Source: Candidatus Saccharimonadota bacterium
GTDB taxonomy: Bacteria > Bacteroidota > Bacteroidia > Flavobacteriales > Blattabacteriaceae
NCBI GenBank assembly: GCA_029851085.1
Contig: CP100318.1
Span: 150,001 to 182,000, forward strand
Length of the DNA stretch: 32,000 bases
Direction: 5' to 3'
Part shown: one piece after another, positions 1-8,839 of the stretch
Layout of the letters: each line of letters opens with the position of its first letter
Position numbering within the stretch: the first letter of the stretch is position 1
Notes under the pieces: model-generated
What the model was told of the DNA's origin: nothing
What the model saw: only the letters and a program-made list of their open reading frames with translations
Database searches by the model: none
Translations under genes and position numbers: made by a program

Positions 1-1069
1 TTCTATTGTTAGATAAAGACATATCTATAGCATCAATTACTATAATACCTCCCATATCTCTCAAACGAATTTGTCTAGCTATTTCAGTAGCAGCTAGCAT
101 ATTAATTTCTAATGCTGTATTTTCTTGATTTCCATTAATATGTTTGCCACTGTTAATATCAATAACATGAAGTGCTTCAGTATGTTCAATTACCAAATAA
201 GCACCTTTTGTAAGAGTAACATTCTTACCAAACAAAATTTTTATTTGTTTTTCTATACCATATTTTTCAAATATTGGAATTATACCTTTATAATATTTAA
301 TTATATTAATTTTATGTGGTGCAATAATAGAAATATTAGCCTTTATTTCTTTATAAATAGCTTCATCATCACAAATTATTGAAGTATAATCATCATTAAA
401 AGTATCTCTTAATATACAATAGGCTCTATCTTTTTCACTTAATAGTTTATATGGTTTTTTTGATTTATTAATAATATTAATCACATTATTCCATTTATTT
501 ATTAAATAAATAATCTCTTTTTTAATAGATTCAATTTTTTTTTTAAAAGCTATTGTTCTAATAATAAATCCAAAATTATTAGGTTTTATATTTTTCACAA
601 TAGATATTAATCTATTTTTTTCTTTATTATCTTTAATTTTTTTTGAAATTAAAATTTTATCTGAAAAAGGCATAAGTATTAAATATCTCCCAGCAATAGA
701 TATTTCAGAAGTAAGTCTATGACCTTTATTAGAAATAGGTTCTTTTGAAATTTGGACTAAAATTTGTTGTCCAGGTTGTAATAAATCTGTTATTAATCCT
801 TTTTTAGATAAATTAATTTTTAATTTAAATAAATTAATTGATGATTTAAAAAATTGAGTACCTAAATCTCGATAATGTAAAAATGCATCTTTGGATGACC
901 CAATATTAATAAATGCAGCATTTATACCTAAAGCTATTGTTTTAACTATTCCTACATAAAGATCTCCTACAGAGAATTTATTAATATTTTCATTATGAAG
1001 TTCTATTAATTTTCCTTTTTCTAAAATAGCTATAACAACTCCTTTTTGTGTGCTTATTATTAACTTCAT
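1..1069 (-). CDS. rng: Ribonuclease E/G family protein (RNase G-like), first 356 codons; the 3' end runs off the window start
   Basis: Absent from the ORF track because no stop lies in the window. Reverse-strand ATG at 1069-1067. I checked every codon down to nt 2 and found no in-frame stop. Translation MKLIISTQKGVVIAILEKGKLIELH..VGDLYVGIVKTI (S1-like N-terminus) ..LVIEHTEALHVIDINSGK.. EIARQIRLRDMGGIIVIDAIDM matches conserved RNase E/G catalytic-core motifs. Confidence 0.85.
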   Translation of the reverse strand, partial: MKLIISTQKGVVIAILEKGKLIELHNENINKFSVGDLYVGIVKTIALGINAAFINIGSSKDAFLHYRDLGTQFFKSSINLFKLKINLSKKGLITDLLQPGQQILVQISKEPISNKGHRLTSEISIAGRYLILMPFSDKILISKKIKDNKEKNRLISIVKNIKPNNFGFIIRTIAFKKKIESIKKEIIYLINKWNNVINIINKSKKPYKLLSEKDRAYCILRDTFNDDYTSIICDDEAIYKEIKANISIIAPHKINIIKYYKGIIPIFEKYGIEKQIKILFGKNVTLTKGAYLVIEHTEALHVIDINSGKHINGNQENTALEINMLAATEIARQIRLRDMGGIIVIDAIDMSLSNNR

Positions 1070-1095
1070 TTTCCTACATTAAAAAAAATTTTTTT

Positions 1096-1185
1096 TTACT
1101 TTTTTTTATGTCTATTTTTTCTACTTCTTTTTTTTCTTTTGTGGGTAGCAATTTTATGTTTTTTTCTTTTTTTTCCATTTGGCAT
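1096..1185 (-). CDS. 29-aa lysine/arginine-rich micro-protein; candidate bS22-like (AURKAIP1/COX24-type) small ribosomal peptide
   Basis: Too short for the ORF track. Reverse-strand ATG 1185-1183 to TAA 1098-1096 encodes MPNGKKRKKHKIATHKRKKRSRKNRHKKK. It lies 26 nt upstream of rng on the same strand. The pattern resembles the conserved ~30-aa basic peptide of Bacteroidota as I remember it; this was not searched. Confidence 0.5.
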   Translation of the reverse strand: MPNGKKRKKHKIATHKRKKRSRKNRHKKK

Positions 1186-1297
1186 AATTCAATTCATAGA
1201 TAAAAATGATTAACAAAATAACATTTTTTTTTATTATTTTAATTATTAAAATAACTAAATATACGCTATCATAATATTATACATAATATTATTAATA

Positions 1298-2602
1298 TTG
1301 CTATTATTATTAGCAGCTATAATAGCCGGTGCTGAAATAGCATTTTTTTCTATTAATAAAAAACAACTTGAAAAAGAAAAAAAAAAAGATATTATTAAAG
1401 CTAATATTGTAATTAATATTATTAATAATAGAAAAAAACTTTTAGCATCTCTTCTTATATCTAATAATTTTTTAAATATTGGAGTAGTAATACTTTCTTC
1501 TTTTTTAATAAATAAGTATTTTACTTTTCCAAATATTCATTTATTTAAAATAAATATATCTTTCAAATTTTTATTGGAAGTAGTAGGAATAACCTTTATT
1601 TTACTATTATTTGGAGAAATAATACCAAAAATATATGCTAGTAAAGATAATTTCAAATTTGCGGTATTTATGTCCAAACCTATTTATTTTATTAATAAAG
1701 TATTAAATCCATTGATTTATATTATGATGATAATGTCCAATTATATAGAACAATGGATAAAAAAACCAAAAAAACTTTCTTTATATCAACTTTCACAAGC
1801 TTTAAAAATTACCATAAATAAAAAATATGATAAAGATATGATTTTTCTTAGAAAGATAATTAATTTTGGAAATATTGAAACACGTCAAATAATGACTCCT
1901 CGTATAGATATTTTTGCTTTAAATTATGATACATCTTATGAAGATGTATTAAATATAATTATATCAGAAGGATATTCTCGTGTTCCTGTTTATAAAGAAA
2001 ATATAGATAATATTGAAGGTCTTTTATTTGTTAAAGATCTTTTACCATTTATTAATAAAATAAATTTTAATTGGAATAAACTTGTGCATTTACCTTTTTT
2101 TATACCTGAAAATAAAAAATTAGACGATTTATTAAAAGATTTTAAAGAGAAAAAAATACATTTAGCTATTGTTGTAGATGAATATGGAGGTACTTGTGGA
2201 TTAGTAACATTTGAAGATGTTATTGAAGAAATTATAGGTGATATAAAAGATGAATATGATGAAGAAAATCTTTCTTATATTAAAGAAGATAAGAATAAGT
2301 ATATTTTTGAAGGTAAAATTTCATTAATAGATTTTTATAGATTGATGCAAATAAAAGAAGAAAATTTATTCGAAAAACATAAAGGAAATGCAGATACTTT
2401 AGGAGGTTTTATAATGCAAATAAATAAAAAATTACCTTTAATAAAACAAAAAATAAAATTTTATAATTATATATTTATCATTCAATCAGTTGATAAAAAA
2501 AGAATAAAACGTATAGAAGTAATTAGAAAAACTAATAAGTGGTCTCAGTTGGAATTGAACCAACGACCCCCTGATTATGAGTCAGGTGCTCTAACCAACT
2601 GA
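1298..2602 (+). CDS. gldE: DUF21/CNNM-CBS-CorC_HlyC membrane protein (GldE / hemolysin-like putative divalent-cation transporter)
   Basis: 434-aa ORF with a hydrophobic DUF21-like N-terminus (AIIAGAEIAFFS). It has a CBS pair region (IMTPRIDIFAL..GYSRVPVY..IEGLLFVKDLL..KIHLAIVVDEYGGTCGLVTFEDVIEEIIGDIKDEYD) and a CorC/HlyC-type C-terminus. The start is TTG, and the frame stays open back to 1259 without ATG/GTG/TTG. The last 21 codons (2540-2602) are the antisense of the tRNA gene below. Confidence 0.8.
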   Translation: MLLLLAAIIAGAEIAFFSINKKQLEKEKKKDIIKANIVINIINNRKKLLASLLISNNFLNIGVVILSSFLINKYFTFPNIHLFKINISFKFLLEVVGITFILLLFGEIIPKIYASKDNFKFAVFMSKPIYFINKVLNPLIYIMMIMSNYIEQWIKKPKKLSLYQLSQALKITINKKYDKDMIFLRKIINFGNIETRQIMTPRIDIFALNYDTSYEDVLNIIISEGYSRVPVYKENIDNIEGLLFVKDLLPFINKINFNWNKLVHLPFFIPENKKLDDLLKDFKEKKIHLAIVVDEYGGTCGLVTFEDVIEEIIGDIKDEYDEENLSYIKEDKNKYIFEGKISLIDFYRLMQIKEENLFEKHKGNADTLGGFIMQINKKLPLIKQKIKFYNYIFIIQSVDKKRIKRIEVIRKTNKWSQLELNQRPPDYESGALTN

Positions 2603-2613
2603 GCTATGAGACC
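2540..2613 (-). tRNA. tRNA with CAU anticodon (elongator Met or lysidine-dependent Ile2; not distinguishable by eye)
   Basis: The reverse strand reads GGTCTCA-TA-GCTC-AGTTGGTTA-GAGC-A-CCTGA-CTCATAA-TCAGG-GGGTC-GTTGG-TTCAATT-CCAAC-TGAGACC-A. This is a perfect 74-nt cloverleaf with a 7-bp acceptor stem, a TTCAATT T-loop and no encoded CCA. It is GC-rich relative to its surroundings. Confidence 0.9.
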
Positions 2614-2639
2614 TTTAATATAAAAATAAATATTTATTT

Positions 2640-5255
2640 TTAATTTATTCTTTTTAATTCTTCTTCAAGAAATAAAATTTTATTTGAAATATCAAATTCT
2701 TTTTTACGTTCTAAATCAATTATATTTTTAGGAGCATATAATAAAAATTGGGTATTAAATAATTTATTACGTAATAATGTCAAAAAATTTTTATAAAAAA
2801 TAATTTTTTGTTGTATTTTATTTTTATAATTTTTAATATTTAAATTATAATTTATTGTAATAAAAAATTCATCATTATCTATAATAAATGACAAAAAATT
2901 ATTTTTAGATGGTTTTTTTTGAATAAAGATTATATTATATATATATGCTAATTTTCTAATTATTGGATAATAATATTTATTATTATTTTTTTTTAAAATT
3001 AATAATGAAAATTTATTATATTTTAATATATTTTGCATTGAATGTAAACGTTCAATTATTTTTAATGTATTTTCAAATTTATTTAAAATTAAAATATTAT
3101 ATGATTTAATAATGGGAAATTTTGTAATAATCAATGCATCATTAATTGAACGTTTTTTTAATAACTGCCATATTTCTTCAGTTATAAAAGGCATATATGG
3201 ATGCAAAATTTTTAATAAATATTCAAAATATTTTATAGTATAAAAATATATATTAATAGATATACTATTATTAATAGGTTTAATAATTTCAATATATAAT
3301 GAACAAAAATCTTTCCATATTAATTTATATATTAACATTAAAGCATTATAAATTTTATATTCTTTTAAAAAGAAATCTATTCTTTTTAAAGAAAAATAAA
3401 ATTTATGTTTAAACCATTTAATAGCTATATTTGAATATATATCACACATTTTATATTCAATTTTCCATGATTTAATTAATCTAAAAACATTCCAAATTTT
3501 ATTAGCAAAATTTCTACCTTGAATGCAAATTGATTCATTAAAACATATATCATTTCCTGCATTATTATTTAATAATAATCCTACACGAATACTATCTGCT
3601 CCATATTTATTTATAAGTTTAATAGTATCAGGATAATTTCCCAATGATTTAGACATTTTTCTACCTAAATTATCTTTAATAAGACCTGTAAAATATACAG
3701 TATTAAATGGTTTTTGTTTTCTAAAAGTATATCCTGAAATAATCATTCTAGTTACCCAAAAAAACAAAATATCAGGTGCTGTTACTAAAACATTTATAGG
3801 ATAATAATATGAAATATCTTTATTATTAGGATTACGTATACCATCAAATACTGATATAGGCCATAACCAAGAAGAAAACCAAGTATCTAAAACATCTGAA
3901 TCCTGTTTAAGTTTATTTTTTATATTAGGATCATTGGTTATTCTACTAGCTTTAGATAAAGCTTCTTCAAAATTTTCGGCTACAACAAAATCATTTTTTC
4001 TTTTTCCATAATAATAAACTGGTATACGATGTCCCCACCAAAGTTGTCTAGATATATTCCAATCAGATAAATTTTCTATCCAATGAATATAATTTTTTTT
4101 ATATTTTTCAGGATAAAATTTTATTTCTCCATATTTAACTGCATCTAATGCTGGTTTAGCTAATTTTTTAATTTTAAAAAACCATTGTAATAAAAGTCTT
4201 GATTCAACAATAGCTTTAGTACGTTCTGATAAACGTATTGTATGTAAATAATTTTCTACTTTAAATAAAGAATTGATTTCTTTAAGTTCTTTAATAATTT
4301 CTTTACGAACTTCAAAACGATCTTTTTTATAAAAATGTAATCCATTTTTATTGAAAGTAGCATCTTCATTAAAAAGATCTATAATTTCTAAATTATGAGT
4401 ATCTGCCAATATTTTATCATTAATATCATGAGCAGGAGTAACTTTTAAACATCCAGTTCCAAATGATATATCTACATATTTATCTTCAATAATAGGAACA
4501 GAACGATTAACAATAGGAACTATAACTCTTTTACCTTTATATTTAGTATAACGAGAATCTTCAGGATTTATACAAATAGCAGTATCACCTAAAATAGTTT
4601 CAGGACGTGTAGTAGCTATTATAATAGAATCATTTTCTCCATCAATTTTATATTTAATATAATATAATTTATCATGTCGTTTTTCATAAATAATTTCTTC
4701 ATCTGAAATTGTAGTTTTAGCTTCTGGATCCCAATTAACCATACCATACTTTCTATAGATTAATCCTTTATTATATAATTCAATAAAAACTTTAATAACT
4801 GATTGATATAATTCTTTATCCATAGTAAATTTACTACGTTTCCAATCACAAGAACATCCTATTTTTTTTAATTGATCAAATATTATTTTAATATATTTAT
4901 TAGACCAATTCCATACACGATCTAAATACAATTTTCTTCCTAAAATTTCTTTAGATAAATTTTCTTTTTTTAATTCATAGATAATTTTTGCTTCAGTAGC
5001 AATAGATGCATGATCAGTACCAGGAATCCAACAAGTGTTATATCCTTTCATTCTAGCTAATCGTATTAAAACATCTTGTACTGTATTATTTAATATATGA
5101 CCAATATGAAGTATACCAGTAATATTAGGTGGTGGAATTACTAAAACATATGGTTTTCTATTATCAGGTTTTGAACTAAAATAATCTGCATTAATCCATT
5201 GTTTATAATGTTTAGATTCTATCAATTTGTGATTATATCTAATTGGTAATTCCAT
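2640..5255 (-). CDS. valS: Valine--tRNA ligase
   Basis: 871-aa ORF with class I aaRS motifs: PPPNITGILHIGH (HIGH) and GRKMSKSLGN (KMSKS). An editing-domain-sized insertion and a C-terminal coiled-coil tail are typical of ValRS. Confidence 0.96.
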   Translation of the reverse strand: MELPIRYNHKLIESKHYKQWINADYFSSKPDNRKPYVLVIPPPNITGILHIGHILNNTVQDVLIRLARMKGYNTCWIPGTDHASIATEAKIIYELKKENLSKEILGRKLYLDRVWNWSNKYIKIIFDQLKKIGCSCDWKRSKFTMDKELYQSVIKVFIELYNKGLIYRKYGMVNWDPEAKTTISDEEIIYEKRHDKLYYIKYKIDGENDSIIIATTRPETILGDTAICINPEDSRYTKYKGKRVIVPIVNRSVPIIEDKYVDISFGTGCLKVTPAHDINDKILADTHNLEIIDLFNEDATFNKNGLHFYKKDRFEVRKEIIKELKEINSLFKVENYLHTIRLSERTKAIVESRLLLQWFFKIKKLAKPALDAVKYGEIKFYPEKYKKNYIHWIENLSDWNISRQLWWGHRIPVYYYGKRKNDFVVAENFEEALSKASRITNDPNIKNKLKQDSDVLDTWFSSWLWPISVFDGIRNPNNKDISYYYPINVLVTAPDILFFWVTRMIISGYTFRKQKPFNTVYFTGLIKDNLGRKMSKSLGNYPDTIKLINKYGADSIRVGLLLNNNAGNDICFNESICIQGRNFANKIWNVFRLIKSWKIEYKMCDIYSNIAIKWFKHKFYFSLKRIDFFLKEYKIYNALMLIYKLIWKDFCSLYIEIIKPINNSISINIYFYTIKYFEYLLKILHPYMPFITEEIWQLLKKRSINDALIITKFPIIKSYNILILNKFENTLKIIERLHSMQNILKYNKFSLLILKKNNNKYYYPIIRKLAYIYNIIFIQKKPSKNNFLSFIIDNDEFFITINYNLNIKNYKNKIQQKIIFYKNFLTLLRNKLFNTQFLLYAPKNIIDLERKKEFDISNKILFLEEELKRIN

Positions 5256-5282
5256 ATTTATTAATAATTAACTTAAAATTAA

Positions 5283-5572
5283 GTAGGTCTATAAGCCGGA
5301 TTCTGTATTTATATAAAATATAAATCTTTATCATTTATCTAGGATAATAGTTACCTATTATCTCCAACTGCCTACCATCTGATAATATACGAGCAATATA
5401 ATCAGTATATTTGGCATTTCACCACGTAGAGTTTACCTGATTTCACTACAGCCTTACTGTACTTGCTTTCTGTTGCACTAGTCCTCACCTTTCGGTGTAC
5501 GGGAGTTACCCGTTACGTTGCTCTATGGTGTCCGGACTTTCCTCATCTTTTAGACGCGATAAAGTGACCTAC
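5283..5572 (-). ncRNA. rnpB: RNase P RNA (bacterial type A, reduced size about 290 nt)
   Basis: GC-rich island between valS and phoH. The reverse strand starts GTAGGTCACTTTATCGCGTCTAAAAGATGAGGAAAGTCCGGACACC (universal P4 5' strand GAGGAAAGTCCGG). It ends AATACAGAATCCGGCTTATAGACCTAC (P4 3' strand ACAGAAxCCGGCTTA). The termini GTAGGTC/GACCTAC pair as P1, and the flanks AATTAA/TTAATT (5573-5578 / 5277-5282) could extend P1 to 13 bp. Confidence 0.87.
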
Positions 5573-6505
5573 TTAATTATTAAAATAATATGCTTTAATA
5601 ATTTTATTAACTAAATAATGACGTAAAATATCATTTTCATTAAAAATGATAAATTTAATACCATTTATATTATTTAATATATTCATAACTTCTAATAATC
5701 CTGATTTATTATGATTAGGTAAATCAATTTGACCAGGATCTCCATTTATTATAAATTTAGCATTTTTTCCAATACGAGTTAAAAACATTTTCATTTGAAC
5801 ATTAGTAGTATTTTGTGCTTCATCTAATATTACAAAAGCATTATCCAATGTACGTCCTCTCATAAATGCTAAAGGTGCAATTTCAATAATTTTTTTATCA
5901 AAAAATTCTATTAATTTTTCATATTTAATCATTTTATTTAAAGCCTGATAAATAGGTTGTAAATAAGGATTAAATTTTTCTCTAAGATCTCCAGGAAGGA
6001 ACCCCAAATTTTCTCCGACTTCTATTGCAGGTCTTGTTAAGATAATACGTTTTATAATTTTTTTTTTAAAAGCTTGAACGGCTAAGGCAACACTAATATA
6101 TGTTTTACCTGTTCCTGATGGACCAATTGCAAAAACTATATCATTTGTTTTAATAGCTTCTACTAAAGTTAATTGATTTTTTGTTTTAGTAAAAATGGGT
6201 TTTCCATTAATACAAGTAATAATAGGTTTAGTTTTTATTTCAAAAACATCATTTTCAGATAAAATAATTTCTTCAATATTATATTTATTTAAATAACCAT
6301 TTTGATTAAAAAATTTAATTAAATTGTTAATTTTTTTTTTAAATAACAATAATATATTATTATTACCTATAGCTTTTAATTCATAATCTTTAGCAATAAT
6401 TTTTATTTTTGGAAAATAAGAATTTATAATTTCTAAATTATTATTATTTTCTCCATAAAAATCTTTAATAGAAAAACCAGATAAATTAATTGTTAATTCA
6501 TTCAA
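5573..6505 (-). CDS. phoH: PhoH-like ATPase (PhoH/YbeZ family)
   Basis: 310-aa ORF. Walker A GPSGTGKTY, Walker B/DEAQ-type ILDEAQN, and the conserved RGRTL and GDPGQIDLP motifs of PhoH. Confidence 0.9.
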   Translation of the reverse strand: MNELTINLSGFSIKDFYGENNNNLEIINSYFPKIKIIAKDYELKAIGNNNILLLFKKKINNLIKFFNQNGYLNKYNIEEIILSENDVFEIKTKPIITCINGKPIFTKTKNQLTLVEAIKTNDIVFAIGPSGTGKTYISVALAVQAFKKKIIKRIILTRPAIEVGENLGFLPGDLREKFNPYLQPIYQALNKMIKYEKLIEFFDKKIIEIAPLAFMRGRTLDNAFVILDEAQNTTNVQMKMFLTRIGKNAKFIINGDPGQIDLPNHNKSGLLEVMNILNNINGIKFIIFNENDILRHYLVNKIIKAYYFNN

Positions 6506-6538
6506 TGATATTTAATTTATTATATAATATTAATTAAT

Positions 6539-7551
6539 TTAAACAATTAAAACTTCCCTTTCAAGAAAAATTCCAAATTTTTTATTAACATCATAAATTA
6601 TTTTTTTCGATAAAGTATAAATTTCAATACCAGTAGCTTTACCATAATTAACTATTATGGAAGATTTATATATTCCTACATTACCTATTTTTTTTCCTTT
6701 CCAACCGGATTGTTCTATCAACCAACCAGAAGATAATTTTGTACAATTTTTTGAAAAATAATATCCAATCATATTAGGATTTTTTTCTTTTAAAAAATTA
6801 TAATAATTATTATTAATAATTGGATTTTTAAAGAAACTTCCACAATTTCCAAGTTTTTTAAAATTAGGAATTTTATTTTTACGTATATTTGTTATTGCTT
6901 GTGTAATATCATTAAGTGTAGGTTTAATAATTTTCATTTTTTCTAACTCTTCACCTACTTCTTTATATAAAAGATTGAATTTATGATTTTTTTTTTCAAT
7001 AAAAAATAAATATATAATATAACATATTTATTTTTTAATTTATTTTTAAAAATAGAATTTCTATAATTTAATTCACATGCTTTTTTATCAAAAAAAACTA
7101 TTTTTCCAGTTTTAATTTCATATGCGTATAATCCTATTAATATATCTTTAATTTCTACTCCATAAGCGCCTATATTTTGTATAGGTGCTGCTCCTACAGT
7201 ACCAGGAATTAAAGATAAATTTTCTAATCCACTAAATCCTTTGTTAATAGTCCAAATAACAAAATTTGTCCAAGATTCACTAGCAAAACTTGCTATAATA
7301 ACATAATATGAATATTCTTTAATAATAAATTTACCTTTTAAATTTAATTTAATTATTAATCCATTAAAATTATTTACAAATAAAGTATTACTTCCATTAC
7401 CTAAAATAAATTTAGGTAAATATTTAAATTTTTTATTATTAAAAATAAAATTTAAACTTTTTAAAGTATTTATTTTTATAAAATAATTAGTTTTTACATT
7501 TATTTTAAATGTATTAAAATGCTTTAAACAAACATTTTTTCTAAAATTCAT
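6539..7551 (-). pseudogene. murB: UDP-N-acetylenolpyruvoylglucosamine reductase MurB, split by a frameshift in an A10 tract (T10 on + strand, 6987-6996)
   Basis: ORF 6955-7551 is the FAD-binding N-half (LGNGSNTLF, GLENLSLIPGTVGAAPIQNIGAYG). ORF 6539-6937 is the C-half (LGNCGSFFKNP, SSGWLIEQSGWKG). The frame of the second ORF is open upstream to the homopolymer and reads ..KKNHKFNLLYKEVGEELEKMKIIKPTLNDITQAITNIRKNKIP, the expected MurB linker. One extra A (A11) gives a continuous ..YFLLKKKNHKFNLLYKE.. protein. Confidence 0.88.
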
Positions 7552-7552
7552 A

Positions 7553-8839
7553 ATGAATATTAAAAAATTATATAAACAATATATTATTAGTTCAGGAATA
7601 TCAATAGATACTAGAAAATCAATAAAAAATAAATTATTTTTCGCAATAAAAGGTAAAATTTATGATGGAAATTGTTTTGCTAATGAAGCTATTTTAAAAG
7701 TAGCTTTAGGAGTAGTTATTGATAATAAAAAATATTATTTACCTTTTAAAAATTTTTTTTTAGTAGAAAATTGTATTACTGCTTTACAAGAATTAGCTAT
7801 TTTTCATAGAAAAAAGTTTAATATTCCTTTTATAGCAATTACTGGAAGTAATGGTAAAACCACTACTAAAGAATTACTTTTTACGATATTATCTACTCAA
7901 TATAAAACATTTGCAACAAAAAATAATTTAAATAATCATATAGGTGTACCTATTACTATACTTTCTATTCCAAAAGATACTCAAATTGTTGTTATAGAAA
8001 TTGCTTCTAATTATACAGGAGAAAGAAAATTTTTATGTGAATTAGTTAAACCTAATTATGGATATATAACTAATTTTGGATATGCTCATCTTGAAGGTTT
8101 TTCTAATTTAGAAGGAGTTATTAATGAAAAATCAGAATTATATTCATATATCAAACGTTATGGAAAACTTGTTTTTATTAATGCTGATGATCCTTTACAG
8201 ATACAAAAAAGTTTAGGAATTGATACATATCAATTTTCTAAAACTAATAATTATAATTTATTTATAAAACCAATATATAAATCCAATTATTTTTGTTTTT
8301 TGTTTAAAAAAAAAATTATATATACAAATATATATGGTAAATATAATATTACTAATGTAGCAATAGCTATTGCTATAGCATATTATTTTAATATTTCTAT
8401 AAACAATATTATTAAATCTTTAGAAAAATTTAAAACAATAAATAATCGTTCTCAAATTTTGATAAAAAAACAATTTTATATCATACTAGATGCTTACAAT
8501 GCTAATCCTAGTAGTATGATAGAATCTATTAATAATTTAAATTATTTAAACAAAAATATTAAAAAATATGCTATACTAGGAGATATGTTTGAATTAGGAA
8601 TTCATATGCAATCTATGCATGAATATATAGTAAATATAGCTATTGAAAGTAATATAGATTATATTTATTTAATAGGACATTTGTTTAATAAAATTACTAT
8701 TGATAATAGTAAAATTAAAATTTTTAATAAAAAAAAAGATATAATTATTTATTTGAATAATAATTTAAAAAAAGGAATTCTTTTAATAAAAGGATCTAGA
8801 AAAATGAATTTAGAATATATAGTTGATTATTTAAAATAA
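7553..8839 (+). CDS. murF: UDP-N-acetylmuramoyl-tripeptide--D-alanyl-D-alanine ligase
   Basis: 428-aa ORF. Mur ligase P-loop [12 protein letters not shown], the [10 protein letters not shown] motif and the GDMFELG C-terminal domain motif typical of MurF. Its ATG (7553) is 1 nt from the divergent murB ATG (7551). Confidence 0.9.
   Translation: MNIKKLYKQYIISSGISIDTRKSIKNKLFFAIKGKIYDGNCFANEAILKVALGVVIDNKKYYLPFKNFFLVENCITALQELAIFHRKKFNIPFIAITGSNGKTTTKELLFTILSTQYKTFATKNNLNNHIGVPITILSIPKDTQIVVIEIASNYTGERKFLCELVKPNYGYITNFGYAHLEGFSNLEGVINEKSELYSYIKRYGKLVFINADDPLQIQKSLGIDTYQFSKTNNYNLFIKPIYKSNYFCFLFKKKIIYTNIYGKYNITNVAIAIAIAYYFNISINNIIKSLEKFKTINNRSQILIKKQFYIILDAYNANPSSMIESINNLNYLNKNIKKYAILGDMFELGIHMQSMHEYIVNIAIESNIDYIYLIGHLFNKITIDNSKIKIFNKKKDIIIYLNNNLKKGILLIKGSRKMNLEYIVDYLK

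Noticed and set aside
125-382. 85-aa + strand ORF from the track
   Set aside because: It lies entirely antisense to the well-supported rng coding frame. It is low-complexity F/I/N-rich sequence with no recognisable motif, so it is a chance ORF in AT-rich DNA.
1206-1274. Short ATG-initiated ORF (MINKITFFFIILIIKITKYTLS) as the true gldE start, joined by slippage at the T9 run (1224-1232)
   Set aside because: The gldE frame has a TAA at 1256-1258, downstream of the T9 run. A shift at the homopolymer therefore cannot connect the two frames.
6539-7551. Treating 6539-6937 and 6955-7551 as two separate genes (likewise 12930-13220 and 13312-14364)
   Set aside because: In each pair the two ORFs are consecutive halves of one conserved protein (MurB, SufB). 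They are joined through a homopolymer with the linking sequence readable in the shifted frame.
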